A stretch of 64,000 bases of DNA. It comes from Treponemataceae bacterium (GTDB lineage: Bacteria; Spirochaetota; Spirochaetia; Treponematales; Rectinemataceae). A program made the position numbers and the translations under genes. The notes beneath the pieces were generated by a model. The model was not told the origin of the DNA. It was given only the letters and a program-made list of their open reading frames with translations, and ran no database searches. Below, one piece after another: positions 9,756-19,262 of the stretch; position 1 is the stretch's first letter, and every line of letters begins with the position of its first letter. The DNA lies in the NCBI GenBank assembly GCA_963677895.2, contig CAXXGJ010000038.1, positions 128,001 through 192,000 on the forward strand. Direction: 5' to 3'.

Positions 9756-10893
9756 GCAGGATGCCGCACTTCCGCGGATCGATGGAAAGCCTGATTTTCT
9801 CGCCCGGGACGATTCTGGACGAAAGATCGGTTTCCATCTCGATGACATCTTCCGCGCCGGGGATTTCGACGCCAGGGATCTCCGCCCCGAAGCTGTCGAT
9901 CTGCTGTCCGGAAAGCATGGGCCTTAGCGCTATCCTTCTGTAATTGCCCTGGAATACCACCCTTTCCACGATAGCGTCCATGCGGTCGATGCCAGCCACT
10001 CCCGCCGCGGCCGAGGCTTCAGTTAAAAAGACCGCCTTCCTAGGAATGAAGAAAAAGACGCCACGTCCCCCGCCGTCCTTTCCGACTGCCTTGTAGGCGG
10101 CCGCGGCGCATGTAAAGCGGCCGAAGGGAGTGACGGCCACCATCAAGCCCTCTCCACGAGGTTCAATGGCCTTCAGCGGCAGGAGAGAGCCCAGCCCGAG
10201 GAAGCGGACGCACCAGGCGTCAGGCGGATTCTCGTAGATGGCCTGGGGCGTGCCTCTGGCGAGAATCCTTCCCTCGTTCATGAGGAAAACCCTGTCGCCC
10301 AATTCCAGGGCTTCTTCGACATCGTGGGTTACGTGAAGCGCGGTTATGCCTTCGCGCGAGAGCGTCGAACGCAGATAAGCCCGTAGTTCCCGCCTGAGTG
10401 GCGCGTCGAGCGAGGAAAGCGGCTCGTCCATGAGGAGTAGACCCGGCTTTATCGCGATGGCTCTCGCGAAGGCCAGCCGCTGCCGTTCGCCGCCTGACAT
10501 GGCGAAAGGCCTGCGATCGAGCAGCGCAGTTATTTTCAGTTTTTCAGCCAGGGTTTTGACGATGACGCCAGCCTCTGTCCCGCGGATTTTTCTCCGCCCG
10601 AGGCCGAACTCGATGTTTTCCCTCCCTGTCAGATGATCGAAAAGGGCGAGGTCCTGGAATACGAAGCCGATATTGCGCTTTTCCGGCGGTAAAAGACCGA
10701 TTTCCCTGCCCTCGACAATTATGCTCCCCGAGTTCTGGCGCTCCAGGCCGGCTACGCATCGGAGCAGCGTGGTTTTGCCGCAACCCGATGGCCCCAGTAT
10801 GACGCCTGTCATGCCCTTCTCCAGGGCGAGGGATGCCGAGAGGCTGAAATCTCCGCGCGCGAAGCCGAGCCCTGAAATTTCAAGATGATTCAT
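9733..10893 (-). CDS. thiQ: Thiamine ABC transporter ATP-binding subunit (ThiQ-like)
   Basis: GPSGCGKT, MSGGERQR and LLMDEP motifs. Last gene of the TPP-riboswitch operon. Start MNHLEI follows an SD. Confidence 0.8.
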   Translation of the reverse strand: MNHLEISGLGFARGDFSLSASLALEKGMTGVILGPSGCGKTTLLRCVAGLERQNSGSIIVEGREIGLLPPEKRNIGFVFQDLALFDHLTGRENIEFGLGRRKIRGTEAGVIVKTLAEKLKITALLDRRPFAMSGGERQRLAFARAIAIKPGLLLMDEPLSSLDAPLRRELRAYLRSTLSREGITALHVTHDVEEALELGDRVFLMNEGRILARGTPQAIYENPPDAWCVRFLGLGSLLPLKAIEPRGEGLMVAVTPFGRFTCAAAAYKAVGKDGGGRGVFFFIPRKAVFLTEASAAAGVAGIDRMDAIVERVVFQGNYRRIALRPMLSGQQIDSFGAEIPGVEIPGAEDVIEMETDLSSRIVPGEKIRLSIDPRKCGILPLHAAAG

Positions 10894-12658
10894 TGGTCCT
10901 CTCTTTGAAGAAAAAAGCGACGCTCGTGAAGATCGCCAAGATGATTCCCACCGCGCAAGCCTCGTTGAAGCGATAGGATGAGGTGAGTCTGTAGAGCAAA
11001 AGGGGGAGGGTTTCGTACTTCCCGCTTCCGAGTATGAGAGGAATATTGACATCGCCCATAGTGATGGAGAAGGCAAAGGCGGCGGCGCTGGCCACCGAGG
11101 GCGCTATGATGGCCGCGTCCACGCGCGCGAGAGCGTGGTATGGCCCCGAGCCAAGCGTCCGCGCCGCCTCGTTCTTTCTCCTGTCGATGGCGGAGAAGGC
11201 GGCCGACAGGGACCGGGCGACAAAGGGCCACGCGATCGATGTCTGGCCGATCACGATGAGGAATCCGCCGCTGGAATCGAGCAGCGCGCTCCATCCCGCC
11301 GTAATGAGCGCGGGCGAAAGGGCGAGCGGCAGTAAAGTGATCCAGCCGCTTAGCGATGCTCTCGTGCCGCCAATGCCGATTACGCCCCGAAAGCCGCCCG
11401 GGCCTTTGCCCAGTGTCGTTCTTTCGCCGTAATGGGATGAAGCGGCGACCGCCAGGCCGAAAAAAGTAGCCAGAAGCGCGGCCGATCCGCTCAGGAGAAG
11501 ACTGTTGGCCGCGGCTTTCAGCAGCGGGGCGCCGCCGACGAGGTTGGTGCCGGACGGCCGCGTCCCGAAGATGTTCAAGCCAAGCAAGCGCGCGAAATTA
11601 TCCAGCCCGAACCGGGTACCTCCAGCCATGGAGCTTCGAACCATAAAGGCCTCGGCGGTGAGCGCTAAAAGAGGCCCTAAGAAAAATACAACGATGAGCG
11701 CGAAGTATAGAACGATAGCAGAAGCGGCGGCTCCCGAAGGCGATCCGCGCGTGGGCGCCTCCCCGAAACCCTTCGCCGCGGCGACGCTTTTCCTGTCGAA
11801 ATGCGAAAAAGCGCCCACAGCCAGGAGGGCTATGACGGTCTGCGTAAAAGCGAGGACGAGGGCTTTGGGCTTGTCGTTCGTAAACCGTATAGCCCTGTAG
11901 ATTCCCACTTCCAGCGTCGTGCCGGCCAGACCTCCGAACACGAGGACGATGGTGAAGCTGAAAAAGCAGAAAAGGAAAACCAGGCTGGCGGATTGGAGAA
12001 TGGAGGGCAGGAGATAGGGAAGGGTGCCCATGGAAAAGGCGCGCAGTTTGCCGGCGCCCAGGGTTCTGGCCGCTTCTTCCCTGCTTCTGGGCATCTTTGC
12101 CCAGACCGAGCCGACGTTCTGGATGATTATGGGAAAGTTGTAGAAGGCATGGACGAAGACGAGCCCCCAGAGCGAGTAAAGAAGGCTGCCGCCCTGCCAT
12201 TCCAGGCCAGCCCTGGCGAGGGCGAGGGTAAACCAGCCGTTTTTCCCGTAGTAAAGGATAAAGGAAAGAATGACCAGAATGGATGGAAGGCAGAAGGGAA
12301 TCGCGGCGAGCGCAAGAAAGAAGCGCCTGCCGCGAAAGTCGTATTTAGCGATGAAATAGGCGCCCGGAAAACCGATGATCAGGGCGAGCAAAGTGCTCAA
12401 GAAAGCCTGGGTCAGGCTGAATTTGAGCGCCGCGAGAGTGGAGGGAGAAAAAAGCGACCGTATGAGGAGAGCCACCGAGACAGCGTCGCCACTCCCGGCA
12501 TCGCCAGGATAGGCGCCGCCAGGAATGACGACGCCAGGAATGGCGATGCCGGCTGTCCGCTGAAAGGAGGACAGCGTGAAGGCGACAAGCGGAGATAGGG
12601 TGAAGGCCACCGCCGCGAAGGCGATAACCCGCAGTGAACTCGCGTTCCTGCCTCTCAT
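10880..12658 (-). CDS. thiP: Thiamine ABC transporter permease (ThiP-like, two BPD_transp domains)
   Basis: Multiple TM helices and two EAARTLG motifs. Lies downstream of thiB. Confidence 0.85.
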   Translation of the reverse strand: MRGRNASSLRVIAFAAVAFTLSPLVAFTLSSFQRTAGIAIPGVVIPGGAYPGDAGSGDAVSVALLIRSLFSPSTLAALKFSLTQAFLSTLLALIIGFPGAYFIAKYDFRGRRFFLALAAIPFCLPSILVILSFILYYGKNGWFTLALARAGLEWQGGSLLYSLWGLVFVHAFYNFPIIIQNVGSVWAKMPRSREEAARTLGAGKLRAFSMGTLPYLLPSILQSASLVFLFCFFSFTIVLVFGGLAGTTLEVGIYRAIRFTNDKPKALVLAFTQTVIALLAVGAFSHFDRKSVAAAKGFGEAPTRGSPSGAAASAIVLYFALIVVFFLGPLLALTAEAFMVRSSMAGGTRFGLDNFARLLGLNIFGTRPSGTNLVGGAPLLKAAANSLLLSGSAALLATFFGLAVAASSHYGERTTLGKGPGGFRGVIGIGGTRASLSGWITLLPLALSPALITAGWSALLDSSGGFLIVIGQTSIAWPFVARSLSAAFSAIDRRKNEAARTLGSGPYHALARVDAAIIAPSVASAAAFAFSITMGDVNIPLILGSGKYETLPLLLYRLTSSYRFNEACAVGIILAIFTSVAFFFKERTNESS

Positions 12659-12676
12659 AGGGATTCCCTCACCGGT

Positions 12677-13732
12677 TCAGCGGGCCGCTTCCGCCAGCAG
12701 CGCGGCCGCTGTTTCGGAATCGCTGCGGAAATCGGCGATTCGTGTTTTCAGGGTGACGATATCGCCTGGCACGACGGAGAAGGATGCCGGGAGCACTGTA
12801 GATCCGTTGGCGGGATACATCCATTGGGTTTCGGGAAGAATAGCCTGCGCTTCCTCGGAAATGAGGAAGTCGAGAAATTTTTCCGCTTCCTTTTTGTGTT
12901 TGGAGGAGGAGAGGAGGCCGGCCAGTTCGATTTGGGCCGAATGTCCTTCGGCGAAAACCAGGGCTTTGTACCGTTCGGTGTTCTCGTATGACTTGTGGTA
13001 GGCGGGACTCGTGCTGTAGCTCAGGACAAGAGGCGCCTCGCCCTTGGTGAAAAGCCCATAGCCTGTGTCCCAGCCGGGCGTCATAGCGAGCACTGACGGA
13101 CCCAGGCGCTTCCAGTAATCCTGCCAGTTTTCCTTATAGACCGCCTGGGTCCACGCGAGGAATCCTAGGCCGGGCGTCGAGGTACGCGGATCCATGAGTA
13201 TCAGTTTTTTGGCATACTCGGGTTTAGTTAGATCCTCCAGGCTGGCGGGGGGCGTTATTCCTGACTCGCTGTCCCAGATGATGGCGAAGTTGCCGTAATC
13301 GTAGGGGATGAGCCGGTTTTTTTCATCCACAAGAAGTTTGGGATCTATTTTGGGGAGATTGCTTAACTTTACGCTGCTGAAGAGGCCGGTTCCCAGGGCT
13401 TGTCCGGCGGTGTTGTCGTCGAGGCCGATGACAATATCGGCTTCGGCTTTCTTTCCGGCATTGAGTACGGCGGCGAGAAGCCCGCCTCCATCGCCCTTGG
13501 ATACGAATTCCACTTTCGTGCCGGCTTTTTCTTCGTAGAGCTTCGCAAGCGCCGCGCCAGGACCCCATTCGGATACAAAGGAGTCGTAGGTCCATACGGT
13601 CAGGTTTTTGGATTCGGCCTCCTGGCAGGATGTCGCCAGGATCGCTACAAGGACGGTCAAAAGGACCGTTGACAGAACTGCGACGAAAGACTTGCGTGAA
13701 GTCCTCGTTTTAAAGAAACGAATGGTATTCAT
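12677..13732 (-). CDS. thiB: Thiamine ABC transporter substrate-binding lipoprotein
   Basis: Lipobox LATSC plus ThiB motifs TYDSFVSEWGPG, DPRTSTPGLGFL and LSYSTSPAYH. TPP riboswitch upstream. Confidence 0.93.
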   Translation of the reverse strand: MNTIRFFKTRTSRKSFVAVLSTVLLTVLVAILATSCQEAESKNLTVWTYDSFVSEWGPGAALAKLYEEKAGTKVEFVSKGDGGGLLAAVLNAGKKAEADIVIGLDDNTAGQALGTGLFSSVKLSNLPKIDPKLLVDEKNRLIPYDYGNFAIIWDSESGITPPASLEDLTKPEYAKKLILMDPRTSTPGLGFLAWTQAVYKENWQDYWKRLGPSVLAMTPGWDTGYGLFTKGEAPLVLSYSTSPAYHKSYENTERYKALVFAEGHSAQIELAGLLSSSKHKKEAEKFLDFLISEEAQAILPETQWMYPANGSTVLPASFSVVPGDIVTLKTRIADFRSDSETAAALLAEAAR

Positions 13733-13828
13733 TTCTCCCTCCGCCGGTATTACCCGGATCAGGTTCATCGGGTCTTATCTCAGACGCGAGATCCTTCAAC
13801 GAAGAATCTCGTGCCACCCCGGTGTTGC
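13733..13828 (-). ncRNA. TPP riboswitch
   Basis: Minus strand reads GGGGTG...CTGAGA..GACCCGATGAACCTGATCCGGGTAATACCGGCGGAGGGAG directly before the thiB ATG. Confidence 0.95.
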
Positions 13829-13857
13829 GAATTTAGGCGCCTAGCCGGCGCAATCTC

Positions 13858-15111
13858 TCAAGCCGTCTTTTTTTCATATTCGACGATGCAGGGAATCGTG
13901 CCTTCCACGACTGCCTTGTTTATGATGACGCGTTTGATGCCTTTTTCGCTCGGAAGGTCGAACATGATGTCTATCATCATGGCTTCGACGATGGAGCGTA
14001 GGCCTCTGGCTCCCGTTTTCTGCGCTATCGCTTTTTCCGCGATCGCTTCCACGGCGTCGTTCTCGAAGACGAGTTCTACGTTATCCAGCTTCAGGGAGGC
14101 CTGATACTGGCGCAGCACTGAATTTCTCGGTTCGGTTATGATGCGTTTCAGGTCGTCCTTGTTGAGATCGTCCAGGGCGACATGGATGGGAAGGCGGCCG
14201 ATGAATTCCGGTATCATGCCGAACCTGATGAGATCGTCGGGATGAAGGTGGGAATAGATTTCGTGGAGGTTCTTCTCGCTGTGCAGCTTGATGTCGGCGC
14301 CGAAACCGAGAGCGTGACTGGATACTCTCGATTCGATGATCTTATCGAGGCTGACGAAAGCGCCGCCGCAGATGAACAGGATGTTGGTGGTGTCTATCTT
14401 GAGATATTCCTGGTTGGGATGCTTGCGCCCGCCCTGCGGGGGGACGTTCGCGATGGTTCCTTCGATAATCTTCAGGAGGGCCTGCTGGACGCCTTCGCCC
14501 GATACGTCGCGCGTGATCGAGGGGTTCTCGCTCTTGCGCGCGATCTTGTCGATTTCGTCGATATAGATGATGCCGCGCTCCGCCGCCTCGATGTTGCCGC
14601 CGGCGGCCTGTATGAGCTTGAGGAGGATATTCTCCACGTCTTCGCCTACGTAGCCGGCTTCCGTGAGGGTAGTGGCGTCGGCGATGGCGAAGGGTACCTT
14701 CAGCTTTTTGGCGAGGGTTTTGGCGAGAAGGGTTTTTCCGGTTCCCGTGGGGCCTATGAGGAGGACGTTGGCCTTTTCGAGTTCGACGTCGGAATCGGCG
14801 ATCTGCCGGTGTTGTATGCGCTTGTAATGGTTGTAGACGGCTACCGACAGCACGCGCTTCGCGGAATCCTGGCCGATGACGTAACTGTCGAGATATTCCT
14901 TGATGGCCTTAGGCTTGGGCACGTCCTCGAGGAAAGAGGAGGAAATTTTCTGCTCTTCCTCCCTGAGTATCTGTTCGCAGACATTGACGCACTCATCGCA
15001 GATATTCACGCCTGGGCCGGCGATCATTTTTTTCGAGAACGCGTTGCTTTTGCCGCAGAAGGAACAGAAAGCTTCAGGTTCAGACTGTTCAGGCTTTTTG
15101 GATTTGGGCAT
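13858..15111 (-). CDS. clpX: ATP-dependent Clp protease ATP-binding subunit ClpX
   Basis: CSFCGK zinc finger, [31 protein letters not shown] and GARGLR motifs. Confidence 0.98.
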   Translation of the reverse strand: MPKSKKPEQSEPEAFCSFCGKSNAFSKKMIAGPGVNICDECVNVCEQILREEEQKISSSFLEDVPKPKAIKEYLDSYVIGQDSAKRVLSVAVYNHYKRIQHRQIADSDVELEKANVLLIGPTGTGKTLLAKTLAKKLKVPFAIADATTLTEAGYVGEDVENILLKLIQAAGGNIEAAERGIIYIDEIDKIARKSENPSITRDVSGEGVQQALLKIIEGTIANVPPQGGRKHPNQEYLKIDTTNILFICGGAFVSLDKIIESRVSSHALGFGADIKLHSEKNLHEIYSHLHPDDLIRFGMIPEFIGRLPIHVALDDLNKDDLKRIITEPRNSVLRQYQASLKLDNVELVFENDAVEAIAEKAIAQKTGARGLRSIVEAMMIDIMFDLPSEKGIKRVIINKAVVEGTIPCIVEYEKKTA

Positions 15112-15709
15112 GCTTTCTGGACTCCATTATTTTATCCGCCAGGCCGTATTCTATGGCTTCCTGCGCGCTCATGTAGAAATCGCGTTCCATGTCGGAAGCG
15201 AGGCGCTCGATTTCCTTGCTCGTATGACGGGCAAAGTACTCGATGGTAAGTTTCTTGAGGCGGACAATCTCACGGGCCTGAAGGCTTATGTCGCTGGACT
15301 GGCCGGAAGCGTTTCCCCAGGGCTGGTGGATGAGAATCCTCGAGGAGGGAAGGGCGAAGCGCTTGCCGGGCGTGCCACAGGCGAGAATGAGAGCGGCCAT
15401 GGATGAGGCCTGGCCGAGGCAGATCGTCTGCACGTCGGGCTTGATGTACTGGATCGTGTCGTAGATGGAGAGGCCGGCGGTGACCGAGCCTCCCGGGCAG
15501 TTGATATAGATGGAAATGTCCCTTCCCGGATCCTGGGATTCCAGGAAGAGCAGCTGCGCGACGATAAGGTCGGCGGTGATGTCGTTGATTTCCCCGTCGA
15601 TGAACACGACGCGGTCTTTGAGGAGGCGGGAGTAGATATCGTAGGATCGTTCACCGATGCCCGTCTGTTCAATGACGATGGGCACCAGATTGTTCATTTG
15701 TTCATTCAT
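15089..15709 (-). CDS. clpP: Clp protease proteolytic subunit
   Basis: [28 protein letters not shown] and IHQP motifs. Confidence 0.97.
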   Translation of the reverse strand: MNEQMNNLVPIVIEQTGIGERSYDIYSRLLKDRVVFIDGEINDITADLIVAQLLFLESQDPGRDISIYINCPGGSVTAGLSIYDTIQYIKPDVQTICLGQASSMAALILACGTPGKRFALPSSRILIHQPWGNASGQSSDISLQAREIVRLKKLTIEYFARHTSKEIERLASDMERDFYMSAQEAIEYGLADKIMESRKHAQIQKA

Positions 15710-15765
15710 CGCGGTTTCCTTAGGGCTATGGTAATGATGTTCAGCCGTATTCGAGCCCTTACAAA

Positions 15766-17121
15766 TTACTCATTCCTGCCCATGAAGTCCACAAAGGAGA
15801 CCGCTTCGCCTTCCTTGAATACAGCGCTCGCGAGGACGGAATCGAAGAACTTGTTCTCGCAGATGTGTTCTTTCAGGTACTCGACGGACTGGCGTTTTTC
15901 GTACTCGGCCTTCACTTCCTCGGCCGACATGGATGTGCCTTCGGATTGCTTGGCGTATTCGGCGGCGAGATCCGCGTCGGTAGCCACGAAGGACCCGGCT
16001 TCGATCAGCTTGTCGAGGACGAGCCTGCCGGAAATAGCCTTCTGGACGAGGGGCTTCCAGTCTTCATAAAGCTGGGCACGGCTCTTGCCTGAGTATTCGG
16101 CTATCCTTTCCATTTTCTCGTCGGTATCGATGCCCATCTCGCGCTTGAGGGAATCCCAGCGCATCGAAAGCTCGGCCGCGCTCATGGATTCGGGAATATC
16201 TATGCTCGTTCTCTTGAGCAGTTCGTCGATGATCGCCTTCTCCTTGAGCTCGCGCAGGCGGGCGTCGAGGGAAGTCTGGAGCTGCGTCCTCAGGGCTTTC
16301 TTCAGGTCGTCGAGGGTCTTGTACTTTTCGGAAATATCCTGGGCGAGCTCGTCGTCCAGAGCGGGAAGGTTCTTCTGCTTGACCTTGGTCACTTTCACGG
16401 AAAGCGTGACGGTCTTGCCCGCCAATTCCTTGTATTCGAAGTCGTCGGCATAGGTTTTGCTGAAGGTCTTGCTGTCCCCGGCCGCCATGCCGACGATCTC
16501 ATCGTCGAACTTATAGAGGTTGAGGCCCTTGCCGATCTCGAAAGTGAAATCCTCGCGCGAACTGCCTTCGACAGCGGCGCCTTCCGCGTTCAGTTCTGAC
16601 CAATTGAGGGTGACGATGTCGCCCTTGACGGCGGCTTCAGCCTTCTCGACGACGATGGCGTTCCTGTCGCGAACCTGATCGAGTTCGCGGGTCATATCCT
16701 CTTCGCCGACTTCCACCTTGGGGAGGGAAATCTCGATTGTATCGAGGGAAGGAATCGCGAAGACGGGGAAAACGTCGTAGGTGACGCTGAAGGTGAAATC
16801 CTTGTCGATCGCGAACTCCGGTTCGCCGTCGAGGGCGGGGGCTTCGTAGGCGAGGGGCTTTTCCTCGCTGTCCGCGAGCGCCGACTCCACTGCCTTCTCG
16901 AGAACCCTGCTCATGGCGTCGAGCCTGAGGCTGTCGCCGAACTTCCTCTCGAGGACGGAGGTGGGCACATGGCCTTTCCTGAATCCGTCCAGCTTGACGC
17001 TGCGGGTGTATTCATTCATCATTTCATCGTAGATCGTTCGGACATCGGCGGCCGGGACGGTTGCCGTCATCTTGACTTTGGAGTGTTCGAGCTTTTCGGT
17101 CTTCTTTTCAGAAATCACCAT
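15766..17121 (-). CDS. tig: Trigger factor
   Basis: GFRKGHVP ribosome-binding motif, FKBP domain and tig-clpP-clpX synteny. Confidence 0.95.
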   Translation of the reverse strand: MVISEKKTEKLEHSKVKMTATVPAADVRTIYDEMMNEYTRSVKLDGFRKGHVPTSVLERKFGDSLRLDAMSRVLEKAVESALADSEEKPLAYEAPALDGEPEFAIDKDFTFSVTYDVFPVFAIPSLDTIEISLPKVEVGEEDMTRELDQVRDRNAIVVEKAEAAVKGDIVTLNWSELNAEGAAVEGSSREDFTFEIGKGLNLYKFDDEIVGMAAGDSKTFSKTYADDFEYKELAGKTVTLSVKVTKVKQKNLPALDDELAQDISEKYKTLDDLKKALRTQLQTSLDARLRELKEKAIIDELLKRTSIDIPESMSAAELSMRWDSLKREMGIDTDEKMERIAEYSGKSRAQLYEDWKPLVQKAISGRLVLDKLIEAGSFVATDADLAAEYAKQSEGTSMSAEEVKAEYEKRQSVEYLKEHICENKFFDSVLASAVFKEGEAVSFVDFMGRNE

Positions 17122-17220
17122 AAGTTCCTCTCGGAAGGAAAGTTTAGCCTCGCCGTCAAAGGCAGGCATTGGGTAGCTTTACGAGGCTTTTTATCAGTTA
17201 AGTATATCCCCGTGAAGCGC

Positions 17221-17255
17221 AAAAAAAAAGGCGATTCGGCAGGTTCCGAATCGCC
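17221..17255 (-). terminator. Intrinsic terminator after the tRNA cluster
   Basis: Minus strand ggcgattcgg-aacctg-ccgaatcgcc followed by T9. Confidence 0.9.
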
Positions 17256-17262
17256 ACATTGT

Positions 17263-17337
17263 TGGAGCGGGAAACGGGAGTCGGACCCGCGACATCGACC
17301 TTGGCAAGGTCGCGCTCTACCACTGAGCTATTCCCGC
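17263..17337 (-). tRNA. tRNA-Gly(GCC), CCA encoded
   Basis: gcgggaatagctcagtggtagagcgcgacctt-GCC-aaggtcg...tttcccgctcca folds as a cloverleaf. Confidence 0.95.
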
Positions 17338-17390
17338 GCAATTACGCGCCTTCTCGATGCAGCCGATTCCCGCGGTAAGCAGGAACAACC

Positions 17391-17471
17391 TGCGAGAGAA
17401 GGGACTTGAACCCTCACGCCGTAAGGCACTAGATCCTAAGTCTAGCGTGTCTGCCATTCCACCACTCTCGC
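17391..17471 (-). tRNA. tRNA-Leu(TAG)
   Basis: gcgagagtggtggaatggcagacacgctagact-TAG-gatctag, long variable arm, ggttcaagtccc. Confidence 0.95.
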
Positions 17472-17482
17472 GCACGAAGCGC

Positions 17483-17512
17483 ATCCTAGCGGAACGACCA
17501 CCGCGTTGTCAA
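17483..17512 (-). promoter_or_regulatory. Internal sigma70-like promoter for tRNA-Leu/Gly
   Basis: TTGACA-18 nt-TAGGAT, 11 nt upstream of tRNA-Leu. Confidence 0.55.
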
Positions 17513-17563
17513 GAGAGAGCAGTCAACTTGCGCCAGGCGGAAGTTGACCGATCACCTTGCTCA

Positions 17564-17636
17564 TGAGCCGCGCAGGTTTCGAACCTGCGACCCACAGATT
17601 AAGAGTCTGTTGCTCTGCCAGCTGAGCTAGCGGCCC
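17564..17636 (-). tRNA. tRNA-Lys(CTT)
   Basis: gggccgctagctcagctggcagagcaacagact-CTT-aatctg...ggttcgaaacctgcgcggctca. Confidence 0.95.
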
Positions 17637-17655
17637 AAAAAACAAAAACAAAACA

Positions 17656-17729
17656 TGCGTCCGACAGGAATCGAACCTGCGACCTACGGATTCGAAGTCC
17701 GTCGCTCTATCCAGCTGAGCTACGAACGC
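17656..17729 (-). tRNA. tRNA-Arg(TCG)
   Basis: gcgttcgtagctcagctggatagagcgacggact-TCG-aatccg...ggttcgattcctgtcggacgca. Confidence 0.95.
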
Positions 17730-17782
17730 GTCTAATCAAGGTACAGACCCAATTCCAACAGTCTGGTGCAGGATCTGGACTC

Positions 17783-17857
17783 GGGTGGGTGATGGGGTTT
17801 GAACCCACGACAACCAGATCCACAGTCTGGCACTCTACCACCTGAGCTACACCCACC
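17783..17857 (-). tRNA. tRNA-His(GTG) with encoded G-1
   Basis: ggtgggtgtagctcaggtggtagagtgccagact-GTG-gatctgg...ggttcaaaccccatcacccaccc. Confidence 0.95.
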
Positions 17858-17940
17858 GTGCAATCGGCAGGCAATACAATGACGAAAACTCCTTTTTATG
17901 TCAAGGGGAAAAATGCTTTTTTTAAATTCCAGGCCGATTT

Positions 17941-18795
17941 TCAGAAAATGGGTTGGGCGACGTATACATTGTCCAGATACTCAAAGGCGGGGGCGGCGAT
18001 TCTATCCATTTCCCGGCTCGAGAGAGGCGGCCGGTTCCATTGGAAGGCGGGGTGATAGGGCGTTATATGGAGGGGTATCTCCCTGGAGAGTGACCCAAGG
18101 AAGGAAGCGATGCCCCGCATTTCTTCCTCGCTGTCCAAGATACCCGGAACGAGGAGCGACGTGATCTCCGTGTGGCAGGAGGCGGCGGCAATCTGTATGA
18201 ATTTCTTGACGGCTTCAAGTTCTCCGCCGAGCTTTTTGTGGTAGGTGGAGGCCGAGTAGCACTTGAGATCGATGTTCGCAGCGTCGGTGAGCGAAAGGAT
18301 GTCCCTGGCGGGCGCTTCAAGGAGGTTGCCGTTCGTCACGAGCACCGTCTTCAATCCCCGCTCCCGCGCCAGCTTCATGCATTCCTTGACATATTCTATA
18401 TGAAGACTAGGTTCGGAATAGGTGAAGCTTATGGACGGCAGGCCGGAATCGCGGGCCATATCGACCAAGGCTTCAGGGTTGATGACTCTGGCTTCCACGG
18501 TTCTGGGCTGGGCGATTTCCCAGTTTTGGCAAAAGGGGCAACGCATCGTACAGTGCCAGAAGCCGACGGAAAAAGTCCTGGTTCCAGGAAGAAAGCGCCG
18601 CAGCGGTTTTTTCTCGATGGGATCGAGGGCTATGGATGATATAAGGCCGTAGAACGGAAGCAGCATTCTGCCGCCTTCATTCATCCTCGTCCTGCATTTT
18701 CCGCTGTCCGCTTCGCCCAGAATGCAGGCATGGGGACATAACCTGCATTGGATGCGGGTATCGTCGAGACGGGAAAAATACTCGGCATCGTGCAT
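17941..18795 (-). CDS. amrS: AmmeMemoRadiSam system radical SAM enzyme (short form)
   Basis: N-terminal CRLCPHAC...CRTR, LDPIEKKPL, radical SAM CTMRCPFCQN, FTYSEP and NIDLK. Confidence 0.88.
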   Translation of the reverse strand: MHDAEYFSRLDDTRIQCRLCPHACILGEADSGKCRTRMNEGGRMLLPFYGLISSIALDPIEKKPLRRFLPGTRTFSVGFWHCTMRCPFCQNWEIAQPRTVEARVINPEALVDMARDSGLPSISFTYSEPSLHIEYVKECMKLARERGLKTVLVTNGNLLEAPARDILSLTDAANIDLKCYSASTYHKKLGGELEAVKKFIQIAAASCHTEITSLLVPGILDSEEEMRGIASFLGSLSREIPLHITPYHPAFQWNRPPLSSREMDRIAAPAFEYLDNVYVAQPIF

Positions 18796-18822
18796 GGACT
18801 GCCTCCGCGTCTTCCTGAGAGG

Positions 18823-19230
18823 TCAGCGTTTCTCGGAATGCGTCTGGAAAACCTGAGCCAGTTTCGTTCTGAGAACCATGGACTCGCGCGGTCCAATAAA
18901 AGTATCGCCTACCTCAAAAGGTTCATAGCGAAGCGCTATGGCGCCGCGTTTGACCCATATTCGTATGAGGGATCTGGCGGCGCCTTGTTCGTTGACGGGC
19001 GAGGGCAGCTCGTCGGCGGCCAGCACGTCGCTAATCCTGAATTCCAGGACGACGCCTTCCTCGAGCCATCGGAGCTTTTCCTGGCGGGCGGTGAGGAGAA
19101 GGCATTTATCGGAATCGTAAGGATGTTTTCGCAGGGCTCCAATGAAGGCGATGGCGTCGAGGGCTTCATGCTTTCCGTATTTGACGACATCGAAGAAGGG
19201 TGCAGAATCCAGGAATTCCGAAATGCTCAT
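18823..19230 (-). CDS. Conserved hypothetical protein (135 aa)
   Basis: Strong SD (AAGGAGGAGG) before MSISEF. Globular composition. Same strand as, and between, lnt and amrS. Confidence 0.75.
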   Translation of the reverse strand: MSISEFLDSAPFFDVVKYGKHEALDAIAFIGALRKHPYDSDKCLLLTARQEKLRWLEEGVVLEFRISDVLAADELPSPVNEQGAARSLIRIWVKRGAIALRYEPFEVGDTFIGPRESMVLRTKLAQVFQTHSEKR

Positions 19231-19262
19231 GGCCTCCTCCTTATCTTCAGCCTGTGATATTC

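Noticed and set aside
17221..17940. Integrative element or prophage at the tRNA cluster
   Set aside because: No integrase, no duplicated tRNA 3' end seen, and the flanks are core genes.
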